From positions 12,919 to 76,918 of the forward strand of contig JAJPJJ010000032.1 of assembly GCA_021324295.1 (NCBI GenBank): DNA of 64,000 nucleotides. Reading direction: 5' to 3'. This document shows, in pieces, positions 9,544 through 17,685 of the stretch. Each line of letters begins with the position of its first letter. Position 1 is the stretch's first letter. Under the pieces are notes generated by a model. It searched no databases. It had not been told where the DNA came from and was given only the letters and a program-made list of their open reading frames with translations. This stretch comes from Bacillota bacterium. Its GTDB lineage: Bacteria > Sysuimicrobiota > Sysuimicrobiia > Sysuimicrobiales > Segetimicrobiaceae. The translations under genes were made by a program, and so were the position numbers.

Positions 9544-10578
9544 CTAGCGCCGCGCCGTCGCCGTGCGCGGCCCCCCCGAGTACTCCGGCGCGTCCTCCAG
9601 GTACACGACGGAGTCGTACCCCAGGAGCTTGAACAGGCGGTTCTGGGCGGAGAGCAGCAGGAGCGGCGCCGACGGGTCGGCGTTGACGTGCTGGTGCACG
9701 GTGTTCTGGGGGACGTAGAGCAGGTCCCCGGGGCCGAACTCCCAGCGGGTCGGCTCGTGAGCGACGCGCGCCATGTATCGCTCGCCGATCTCGGCCTCCA
9801 CGTCCCAGTGCAGGCTGTAGCCGCGCCCGGCCATCACGTAGAGCGCCTCGTCGGCCATGTGCCAGTGCTTCCCCGAGCGGCTGCCGGCCGGGATCTCCTG
9901 CTGGTAGACATCCACGCTGAACACCCGCACGTCGGTGCGCTCGGGCGACGTGATCACCCGCACGCGGCCGTCCCGGGTCGTCTCCCACCGCGTGTCGGCG
10001 GGCTTGACCACCTTCTTGCGCTCGCTCACGCCGGGCGTCCACAGGCGCGACCAGTCCTCGGGTGGGCCGTAGCGCTCCCCGTCTGCGACCGGGCCGCCCC
10101 GGCCCTGCTGGATCAGGCCGAGGTACATCCACGTCGCCTTCGCCTTGATCACGAGCGCGAGCGCCCGCTTGCCGGGGTCGGCGTTGAAATGCCGGTGTAC
10201 CGAGTCGTTATGCACGACGACGAAGTCGTCCGCTTCCCAGTCGTACCGCTTGCCGTCGTGGATCTCGTAGCCGCGGCCTTCGAGGATGTAGAACGTCGCC
10301 TCGTTCTGGTGGCCGTGCCCCCGGTTGGACCCGCCGGGGAACAACTCCACGAAGTGCATTTGGATCGTCTGCGTGAGGAAGGGATCGTCCCCCGGCCCCA
10401 GGATCCACCAGGTCCGGGACTCCTCGGAGTCGCCGGAGTGGGCCACGCGCGCATCGTCCACCACCGTCCCGGCGCGCCGGACGCGCGGGGCGGCTCGCTG
10501 CCGGCGCCGGAACTCCGAGAGGCTATAGTGCTCCGAGGTGATGCCCCGCAGAAACACGCGCCCTTCGTTGTCGCTCAC
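9544..10578 (-). CDS. Bicupin dioxygenase (gentisate / salicylate / 1-hydroxy-2-naphthoate 1,2-dioxygenase-like)
   Basis: Two cupin modules, each with H-x-H-x3-E…H metal ligands (GHGHQNEATFYILEGRGYEIH and KHWHMADEALYVMAGRGYSLH). GTG start at 10578..10576 checked in sequence; the track ORF extends to 10779 through low-complexity sequence. Confidence 0.7.
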   Translation of the reverse strand: MSDNEGRVFLRGITSEHYSLSEFRRRQRAAPRVRRAGTVVDDARVAHSGDSEESRTWWILGPGDDPFLTQTIQMHFVELFPGGSNRGHGHQNEATFYILEGRGYEIHDGKRYDWEADDFVVVHNDSVHRHFNADPGKRALALVIKAKATWMYLGLIQQGRGGPVADGERYGPPEDWSRLWTPGVSERKKVVKPADTRWETTRDGRVRVITSPERTDVRVFSVDVYQQEIPAGSRSGKHWHMADEALYVMAGRGYSLHWDVEAEIGERYMARVAHEPTRWEFGPGDLLYVPQNTVHQHVNADPSAPLLLLSAQNRLFKLLGYDSVVYLEDAPEYSGGPRTATARR

Positions 10579-10750
10579 GCACGCCACCTCCTCAGAAGCC
10601 GCGCAGGCGCTCCGGGGTCCGTGGGGGCGCCCACAGCCCGTTACGTCGCCGCGCCACCGTTTTCCTGTGCTGCGCGACGACACGCCGGGCACGCGGCACC
10701 GCGCCGCGCGAGAGGAACGGCGGGCGGCGCCCCGAAGAACCCCCCACGGC

Positions 10751-11350
10751 ATGTCTATCGCCTCCCCACGCCGGCTCATCGTGGCCCTCTCGGGATCGAC
10801 GGGCCCCCACTACGGCGTCCGCCTCCTCGAAGTGCTGCGCGCTCATACCGACATCGAGACCCACCTGATCGTGACCGCGGCCGCGAGGAAGACCATCGAA
10901 TACGAGATGCGGCGGGATCCGGCGGCCGTGGCCGCCCTGGCCCACGCCGTGCACGATGAGCGCGATATCGCGAGCGCGCTGGCGAGCGGCACCTTCGTGA
11001 CGGACGGGATGGTCGTCGCCCCCTGCTCGATCAAGACGCTCTCCGCGATCGCCCACAGCTTCAACGACACGCTCCTGACGCGCGCCGCGGACGTCTGCCT
11101 CAAAGAACGGCGCAGGCTGGTGCTCGTGGTGCGCGAGACGCCCCTGCACGCGGGACACCTCCGGCTCATGCTGCAGGCGACCGAGGCCGGTGCCGTGATC
11201 CTGCCGCCCGTGCCCGCGTTCTACCACCTGCCGGAGACGGTGGGCGACATCATCGAGCACACCGTCGTCAAGATCCTCGACCAGTTCGGCATCCACCTGG
11301 ACCTCATCCGGCGCTGGCGGGGGCTGCCCGCCGGACACGCGCCGGCATGA
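10751..11350 (+). CDS. ubiX: UbiX-family flavin prenyltransferase (prFMN synthase)
   Basis: ATG at 10751. MSIASPRRLIVALSGSTGPHYGVRLLEVL… and …DGMVVAPCSIKTLSAIAHSFNDTLLTRAADVCLKERRRLVLVVRETPLH… match UbiX/Pad1. Sits 173 bp divergent from the bicupin gene. Confidence 0.85.
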   Translation: MSIASPRRLIVALSGSTGPHYGVRLLEVLRAHTDIETHLIVTAAARKTIEYEMRRDPAAVAALAHAVHDERDIASALASGTFVTDGMVVAPCSIKTLSAIAHSFNDTLLTRAADVCLKERRRLVLVVRETPLHAGHLRLMLQATEAGAVILPPVPAFYHLPETVGDIIEHTVVKILDQFGIHLDLIRRWRGLPAGHAPA

Positions 11351-11387
11351 GCCGGCCCCGGGGACGCCGCGGGGCGGGGCTGCCGCG

Positions 11388-12569
11388 GTGAAGCGCCGGC
11401 CGGGGGCGCACGGCAAGGGGCGGGCGCTGCGGGTGCGGGCCGCGCGGGCTGCGGCCCCGCGCCGGACGGCGACGAGGGCGCCCGGCGAGATCGAGGAGCG
11501 GAAGGCAGAGCACCTGCGGCTGGCCAGCGGCCCGGAGGCCGGCAGCCGCCTCGGCCCCGGGTGGTCCGACGTCCACCTGCTCCACCACGCCCTGCCGGTC
11601 GCCGACCTCGCCGCGATCGACCTCAGCACGGAGTTCCTGGGACGCCGCCTGCGGGCTCCGCTCGTGGTCTCCGCGATGACCGGAGGTCACCGGGACGCGC
11701 GCGAGATCAACGCCGTCCTGGCGCGCGCCGCGCAGCGCCACGGGCTGGCGATGGGCCTCGGGAGCCAGCGCGCCGCCCTCCGCGAGCCCCGCCTGGCGCG
11801 AACGTACGCGGTCGCCCGCGAGGTCGCGCCGGACGCCTTCCTGATCGCCAACATCGGCGCCGCCCAGCTGGTGGCCCAGGACAGCGGCCCGGGGCTGACC
11901 CCCCGGGAGATCTCCGATGCCGTGGCGATGATCCACGCCGATGCCCTCGCGATCCACTTGAACTTCCTGGAGGAAGCCGTCCAGCCGGAGGGCGACCGCC
12001 GGGCCGCGGGGCTCCGCGAGGCGATCGCCGGGGCGGTCGCCTGCGCGGGGGTGCCCGTCATCGCGAAGGAGACCGGCGCGGGCCTCTCCCACCGGGCCGC
12101 GCTCGAGCTGCGCGAGCTGGGCGTCAGCGCCCTCGATGTCGGCGGGCTCGGGGGGACGAGCTTCGCCGCGATCGAGGCGGCGCGGGCGAGGGCGCGCGGC
12201 GATCTCCAGCGGGCCCGGCTCGGCGAGGCGTACCGCGACTGGGGCATTCCCACGGCCGCCGCGATCGCGGCGGCGCGCGCCGCGGGGCTGCCCCTGATCG
12301 CCACCGGAGGTGTGCGGACGGGCCTCGACGCCGCGAAGGCGATCGCGCTGGGGGCCACGCTCGCGGGCGTCGCCCGGCCTCTCCTCTTGGCCGCGCTGGC
12401 GGGCGAGGCGGCGGTGGACGCGTGGATCGAGCAGTTCCTCGGCGCGCTGCGCCTGGCGATCTTCCTGACCGCCGGGCGGAGCGTCGCCGACCTGCGCTCG
12501 GCCCCCCGCGTGATCCTCGGGAAGACGCGCCGCTGGCTCGAGGCGCTGGGCCTCGAGGCGTCGCCCTGA
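11388..12569 (+). CDS. fni: Type-2 (FMN-dependent) isopentenyl-diphosphate delta-isomerase
   Basis: IDI-2 signature blocks …ERKAEHLRL…, …LVVSAMTGGHRDAREINAVLARAAQRHGLAMGLGSQRAAL…, …NFLEEAVQPEGD…. GTG start 37 nt after the ubiX stop; the N-terminal ~35 aa may be an overcall. Confidence 0.8.
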   Translation: MKRRPGAHGKGRALRVRAARAAAPRRTATRAPGEIEERKAEHLRLASGPEAGSRLGPGWSDVHLLHHALPVADLAAIDLSTEFLGRRLRAPLVVSAMTGGHRDAREINAVLARAAQRHGLAMGLGSQRAALREPRLARTYAVAREVAPDAFLIANIGAAQLVAQDSGPGLTPREISDAVAMIHADALAIHLNFLEEAVQPEGDRRAAGLREAIAGAVACAGVPVIAKETGAGLSHRAALELRELGVSALDVGGLGGTSFAAIEAARARARGDLQRARLGEAYRDWGIPTAAAIAAARAAGLPLIATGGVRTGLDAAKAIALGATLAGVARPLLLAALAGEAAVDAWIEQFLGALRLAIFLTAGRSVADLRSAPRVILGKTRRWLEALGLEASP

Positions 12570-12669
12570 GGGCAGGGCGGGCACGGCGGCGGGGCACCGG
12601 GCACCGCAGGTCGAGCGCCTGCCGGGACGCGCAAGCGCCGGAGGCCGGGCGGACAGGAGGCAGCATGGG

Positions 12670-13242
12670 ATGCAGGGAGGGGTTGCCGTGATCCTCTCGT
12701 TCCAGGGCAAGACGCCGCGCGTCGCACCGTCGGCGTGGATCGCCCCCACCGCCACGCTCATCGGAGACGTCGAGGTCGGCGAGGAGGCCAGCATCTGGTT
12801 CGGGGCCGTCCTGCGGGGGGACGTCGGCCGGATCGAGGTCGGCGCGCGGGTCAACATCCAGGACAACGCCGTGCTGCACACCACCGACCGCGTGCCGACG
12901 ATCGTCGGCGAGGCGGCGACGATCGGGCACGGCGCGGTCCTGGAAGGGTGCACGGTCGAGCGCGGCGCGCTCGTCGGGATGAACGCGGTGGTGCTCCACG
13001 ATGCCGTGGTGGGCGAGGAAGCGCTCGTCGGCGCGGGCAGCGTCGTCACGGACGGGACGCGGATCCCGCCCCGCACGATGGCGGCCGGGGCGCCCTGCCG
13101 GGTCCGCAAGGAGCTCGCTGGCGCCTCGGCGGCCTGGATCGCCGGCGCGGCCGCGACGTACGTGAGGCTGTCGCGGCAGTACCGGGACGAGCGGCGGGCC
13201 CGGCCGGCGGCGGATGCGGCCGGCGGGCCGGTCCCCGGTTAG
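12670..13242 (+). CDS. Gamma-carbonic-anhydrase / left-handed beta-helix hexapeptide protein (YrdA/PaaY/CaiE-like)
   Basis: AGGAGG RBS 5 nt before ATG 12670. Hexapeptide-repeat pattern …ASIWFGAVLRGDVGRIEVGARVNIQDNAVLH…IGHGAVLEGCTVERGALVGMNAVV…. Confidence 0.75.
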   Translation: MQGGVAVILSFQGKTPRVAPSAWIAPTATLIGDVEVGEEASIWFGAVLRGDVGRIEVGARVNIQDNAVLHTTDRVPTIVGEAATIGHGAVLEGCTVERGALVGMNAVVLHDAVVGEEALVGAGSVVTDGTRIPPRTMAAGAPCRVRKELAGASAAWIAGAAATYVRLSRQYRDERRARPAADAAGGPVPG

Positions 13243-13393
13243 ACCGCCGGAGGACGGACCGCCGGAACGAAGGAACCCTCCGGGAGGCCACCAAACACCT
13301 CCAGCGGGCCGGCCCGGCTTGGCGCCGCGCACAGGACGCGGGGACCCCGCCTCGCAGGCGGCGGAGGGAACCGGGCGCGGCACCGGAGGGGGG

Positions 13394-14638
13394 ATGAGCA
13401 TGCGGCGGAGGATCGCGCTCGCGGCTGGTGCGGCGCTGTGCATCGGGCTGCTGGCGGTGCCGGCGCTCGGCGGCGGCGCCGTCTCGATCCGGGCGGTGTG
13501 GATGGAGTACGACGCCCGATACAATACGTTCTGGCAGCAGCTCAAGAAAGACTTCGAGGCGGCCAACCCGGGCATCACGGTGGACACCGTCATCGTCCCC
13601 TGGAGCGAGGGCCACGACCGGCTCGTCACGTGGATCGCGGGCAACCAGGCCCCGGACCTCGCGATCGTCGGCACCCGCTGGATCCTCGAGTTCAACAAGA
13701 TGGGCGTCGTCGAGCCCGTGGACACGTTCATGCCCAAGGCGTTCACCCACAAGTTCATCGGCCCGGCGCTCGAGGCGCGGATCGGCGGCCGGCTCTACGG
13801 CGTGCCGGTCGCGCTCAGCGCCCGGGCCCTCTACTACCGGAGCGATCTCATCAAGACCCCGCCGCGGACCTGGCAGGAGATGCTGGCGGTCGCGCAGCGG
13901 GTGGCGAAGCCGGGCAGCCTCTACGGGATCGGCGTCTCCGGCAAGAAATTCGCGGAGCTGACCGAGTACGTGTACTACCTCTACGGCAACGGCGGCGACT
14001 TCTTCGTCACGAACCCTGACGGCAGCTACGGGAGGTGCCGCGTGAACGACGCCGCCGGGGTCGAGGCCCTGCAGTTCATGACCGACCTGGTGAACAAGTA
14101 CAAGGTCACGGAGCCCAACGTCGCGGAGAACGACCGCGGGACCCTGCAGGACCTGTTCCTGGCCGGCAAGCTCGCGATGATCGAGACCGGACCCTGGTTC
14201 GGGGGGATGATCCAGGAGCGGGCGAAGAGCCTCCCGTTTGCGGTCGCGCCGATGCCGCACAACCAGGGCAAGCCGCAGCACACGCTCCTCGTGACCGACT
14301 CGATCATCGTCTTCAAGAGCGCCAAGCACAAGGACGCGGTCGCGAAATTCCTCGAGTTCGCGTACAACGACCGCCACCGGCTGGAGTTCGACAAGGATTT
14401 CGGGATGCTGCCGGTGGTCAAGACCGTCGCGCGCAACGCGTACTTCCAGACCCCCTTCTACCGGCCGTTCATCGAGCAGCTGCCGACCGCCAAGCCGTGG
14501 CCGCTCGTGGCGGAGTGGTCGAAGGTGGAGGACGTGATGTGGGACGCGGTGACCTCAGCGCTGCTCCGGGCCAAGAGCCCCCGGCAGGCGCTCACCGACG
14601 CGTGCCGGGAGATCGACCAGGCGCGGGGCGTGAAGTAG
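13394..14638 (+). CDS. ABC transporter substrate-binding protein (extracellular solute-binding family 1, carbohydrate type)
   Basis: ATG 13394 after a GGAGGGGGG RBS. Signal peptide MSMRRRIALAAGAALCIGLLAVPALG. Family-1 SBP pattern (…VIVPWSEGHDRLVTWIAGNQAPDLAIVG…). The upstream 60 aa of the track ORF is low complexity. Confidence 0.75.
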   Translation: MSMRRRIALAAGAALCIGLLAVPALGGGAVSIRAVWMEYDARYNTFWQQLKKDFEAANPGITVDTVIVPWSEGHDRLVTWIAGNQAPDLAIVGTRWILEFNKMGVVEPVDTFMPKAFTHKFIGPALEARIGGRLYGVPVALSARALYYRSDLIKTPPRTWQEMLAVAQRVAKPGSLYGIGVSGKKFAELTEYVYYLYGNGGDFFVTNPDGSYGRCRVNDAAGVEALQFMTDLVNKYKVTEPNVAENDRGTLQDLFLAGKLAMIETGPWFGGMIQERAKSLPFAVAPMPHNQGKPQHTLLVTDSIIVFKSAKHKDAVAKFLEFAYNDRHRLEFDKDFGMLPVVKTVARNAYFQTPFYRPFIEQLPTAKPWPLVAEWSKVEDVMWDAVTSALLRAKSPRQALTDACREIDQARGVK

Positions 14639-14660
14639 CGGAGCCTGACCGGCGGCCTCG

Positions 14661-15536
14661 ATGCGGCTCTCGGCGCAGGAACGGCTGGCCTACCCGCTGC
14701 TGGTTCCCGCGGCGGCCCTGATCGGCGCGCTGATCCTGTACCCGATCGGCGCCACGATCGTGACCGCGTTTGCGACGACGGACAAGCTGGGCCGCATCGT
14801 CGGGGTCGCGGGCTGGCGGAACTTCCAGGCGCTGGCCGCGGACCCGGCGTTCTGGCAGATCTTCCGCCGGACGTTCGTCTGGACCGCGATCGCGGTGGCC
14901 GTCAAGACGACCGCGGGCCTGGCGTTCGCTCTGCTGCTCAACCTGCCCTTCCACGGCCGCCGGGCGGTGCGCCTCCTGACCGTCATCCCGTGGGCCCTCC
15001 CCTACCCGATCAGCGCGATGATCTGGCAGTGGACGTACAACAGCCAGTTCGGCCTGCTCAACCGCTTCCTCCAGGCGACCGGGCTCTGGCCGCATCCCCC
15101 GGCCTGGCTTGCATCGCCGGGATCGGCGTTCGCGGCCAATCTGATCGTCGACATCTGGATCGGGCTGCCGTTCTTTGCGCTGGTGTTCCTCGCCGGCCTG
15201 CAGGCGATCTCGCCCGAGTACCACGAGGCCGCGGCCATCGACGGCGCCGGCGCGGCCGCGCGGTTCGCCGCCGTGACGCTGCCCTTCCTCCGCCCGGTCA
15301 TCGTGATGGCCAGCCTGCTGTCGGTCATCTGGACGTTCAACGACTTCTCGGTCCCCTACATCGTCACGAAGGGCGGCCCGATCAACACGACCGACATCCT
15401 GGTGACGCACCTGTACAAAACCGCCTTCCAGTTCCTGGATTTCGGGCCGGCCTCGGCGATCGCGATCATCACGTTCCTGACGCTGCTGGCGTTCAGCCTG
15501 CTGTACGCGCGCCTCTACTTCCGGGAGGTCGGCTAG
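14661..15536 (+). CDS. ABC transporter permease (MalF/UgpA-like)
   Basis: Six TM segments with the EAA-type permease motif …EYHEAAAIDGAGAAARFAAVTLPFLRPV…. Confidence 0.8.
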   Translation: MRLSAQERLAYPLLVPAAALIGALILYPIGATIVTAFATTDKLGRIVGVAGWRNFQALAADPAFWQIFRRTFVWTAIAVAVKTTAGLAFALLLNLPFHGRRAVRLLTVIPWALPYPISAMIWQWTYNSQFGLLNRFLQATGLWPHPPAWLASPGSAFAANLIVDIWIGLPFFALVFLAGLQAISPEYHEAAAIDGAGAAARFAAVTLPFLRPVIVMASLLSVIWTFNDFSVPYIVTKGGPINTTDILVTHLYKTAFQFLDFGPASAIAIITFLTLLAFSLLYARLYFREVG

Positions 15537-16433
15537 GTGGCGCACGGGCCCGCGACGCTGGCCGTGCCCCTGCGGGAAGCGGCGGGGCGGCGGGCCCGCT
15601 CCCGCCTCTGGCGGGCGCTCGTCCTCCACGGCGGGGGGTGGGCGCTGTCGGCGGTCGCCCTCGGGGTCCTGCTGTTTCCGATCTTCGTGATGCTCTCCAC
15701 GTCCGTCAAGACGCTCAACGAGGTCTACCAGGTGCCGCCCGTGTGGGTCCCCGCCGCAGTCACGTGGCGGAACTTCGTCGATATCTGGACCAAGTACCCG
15801 CTGCGCACGTACATGCTGAACAGCCTCATCATCGGCGCGGGCACGACCTGCCTCAACCTGCTGGCGGCGATCCCGGCCGGGTACGCGGTCGCGCGGCTGC
15901 GGTTTCGCGGGCGGCAGGCGTTCATGCTGCTCCTGCTCCTCATCCAGATGTTCTCTCCGATCGTCGTCCTCATCCCGCTGTTCAAGATCATGGCGGCGCT
16001 GCACTGGCTCGACACGTACTGGTCCCTCATCGTGACCAACACGGTCTTCACGCTGGCGTTCTCCACGTGGATGCTGGCGAGCTACTTCCGGGCCATCCCG
16101 GCGGAGATCGAGGAGGCCGCGCTCGTGGACGGGTGCTCGCGCCGGCAGGCGATCCTGCGCGTCGCGATCCCGCTGGCCGCCCCCGGCGTGGTGACCACCA
16201 TCATCTACGTCTTCATCACGGCGTGGAACGAGTTCGTGTTTGCGCTGACGTTCATCTCGCGGACCGAGATGCGCACGCTGACCGTGGGCCTGTACACCTT
16301 CATCGGCCGGTGGGCGGTCCAGTGGCACTACCTGATGGCGGCCGCTCTCGTCGGCGTCCTGCCGGTCGTGATCCTCTTCATGCTGGTGGAGCGGCATCTC
16401 GTGCGCGGCCTCGCCCTCGGCGCGGTCAAGTAG
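15537..16433 (+). CDS. ABC transporter permease (MalG/UgpE-like)
   Basis: GTG start right after the upstream stop. Permease motif …EIEEAALVDGCSRRQAILRVAIPLAAPG…. Confidence 0.8.
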   Translation: MAHGPATLAVPLREAAGRRARSRLWRALVLHGGGWALSAVALGVLLFPIFVMLSTSVKTLNEVYQVPPVWVPAAVTWRNFVDIWTKYPLRTYMLNSLIIGAGTTCLNLLAAIPAGYAVARLRFRGRQAFMLLLLLIQMFSPIVVLIPLFKIMAALHWLDTYWSLIVTNTVFTLAFSTWMLASYFRAIPAEIEEAALVDGCSRRQAILRVAIPLAAPGVVTTIIYVFITAWNEFVFALTFISRTEMRTLTVGLYTFIGRWAVQWHYLMAAALVGVLPVVILFMLVERHLVRGLALGAVK

Positions 16434-16460
16434 GGCGTCCTGCCCGGAAGGGAGGAAGGC

Positions 16461-17681
16461 ATGCCGGAGTACGAGCTGCTCCTCGCAGGCGGGACGGTCA
16501 TCGACCCCTCGCAGGGCCTGCACGCCCCCTCCGACGTCGCAGTCGCGGACGGGCGCATCGCCGCGGTGGGACCCTCCCTCCCCCGGGCGCACGCGCGGCG
16601 CGTCGTCGACGTGGCCGGGAAGCTCGTCGTGCCGGGCCTCATCGACCTCCACACGCACGTCTACTGGGGCGGGAGCTCGCTCGGCGTGGACCCCGACGAC
16701 CTCGCCGCGCGCTCCGGCGTGACCACGATGGTGGACGCGGGCAGCGCGGGCCCCGGCAACTTCGCGGGGTTCCGCCGGCACCTGATCGAGCGCGCGCGCG
16801 TGCGGATCCTGCCGTTCCTCAACATCAGCTTCCCGGGGATCTTCGCGTTCTCGCGGAGCGTCATGGTGGGCGAGTCCGTCGACCTGCGGCTGCTCAGCGT
16901 CTCGGAGGCGGTGCGGGTCGCGCGGGAGCACGCCGGGCTCGTGCTCGGCATCAAGGTGCGCCTCGGCCTGATCGCCGGCTGCGGCCAGGGCATCGCGCCC
17001 CTGCACCTCGCGCTCCAAGCGGCCGACGCCCTCGGCGCGCGCCTGATGGTGCACACCGACCTTCCCCCGCCGACGCGCCGCGAGGTGCTGCCGCTGCTGC
17101 GTCCGGGCGACATCTTCACGCACGCGTTCCGGGCCTTCCCGAACGGCCCCCTCGCCGGCCCGGACGGCGCGGCCCGGGTCCTGCCGGAGCTGTGGGAGGC
17201 GCGGGAGCGCGGCGTCGTGATCGACATCGGACACGGCATGGGCAGCTTCTCGTTCGCGAGCGCCGAAGCGGCGCTCGCGCAGGGGTTCCTGCCGGACGTC
17301 ATCAGCAGCGACGTCCACGCCCTCTGCATCGACGGCCCGGCATACGACCTGCCGACGACGATGTCGAAGCTGCTCAACCTCGGGATGCCGCTGGACTCGG
17401 TGATCGCCGCCTCCACGTGCGCGCCGGCGCGGGCGATCGGCCGTCCCGACCTCGGGACGCTGCGGGTGGGCGCGCCGGCGGACGTGACCGTGCTGGACGA
17501 CCAGAGCGGGGAGTTCCGGTTCGTCGACGCCACCGGCCGCAGCATGAGCGGCCCGCGCCGCCTCGTCCCCCTGGGAGCCCTCATCGGCGGGAGGCCCGTC
17601 GGGCGGTGGCCCGCGGACGATCCGGCGCCGCGCGGTGCGGGCGACCGCGCGGCGCCGGGCGGACGGCCGGAGGACGGGTAG
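16461..17681 (+). CDS. Amidohydrolase / deacetylase-family metal-dependent hydrolase
   Basis: Pattern …LLAGGTVIDPSQGL…DGRIAAVG…VVPGLIDLHTHVYWGG… (the HxH metal site of the amidohydrolase superfamily) plus a later …DIGHG… block. Confidence 0.7.
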   Translation: MPEYELLLAGGTVIDPSQGLHAPSDVAVADGRIAAVGPSLPRAHARRVVDVAGKLVVPGLIDLHTHVYWGGSSLGVDPDDLAARSGVTTMVDAGSAGPGNFAGFRRHLIERARVRILPFLNISFPGIFAFSRSVMVGESVDLRLLSVSEAVRVAREHAGLVLGIKVRLGLIAGCGQGIAPLHLALQAADALGARLMVHTDLPPPTRREVLPLLRPGDIFTHAFRAFPNGPLAGPDGAARVLPELWEARERGVVIDIGHGMGSFSFASAEAALAQGFLPDVISSDVHALCIDGPAYDLPTTMSKLLNLGMPLDSVIAASTCAPARAIGRPDLGTLRVGAPADVTVLDDQSGEFRFVDATGRSMSGPRRLVPLGALIGGRPVGRWPADDPAPRGAGDRAAPGGRPEDG

Positions 17682-17685
17682 CGCG

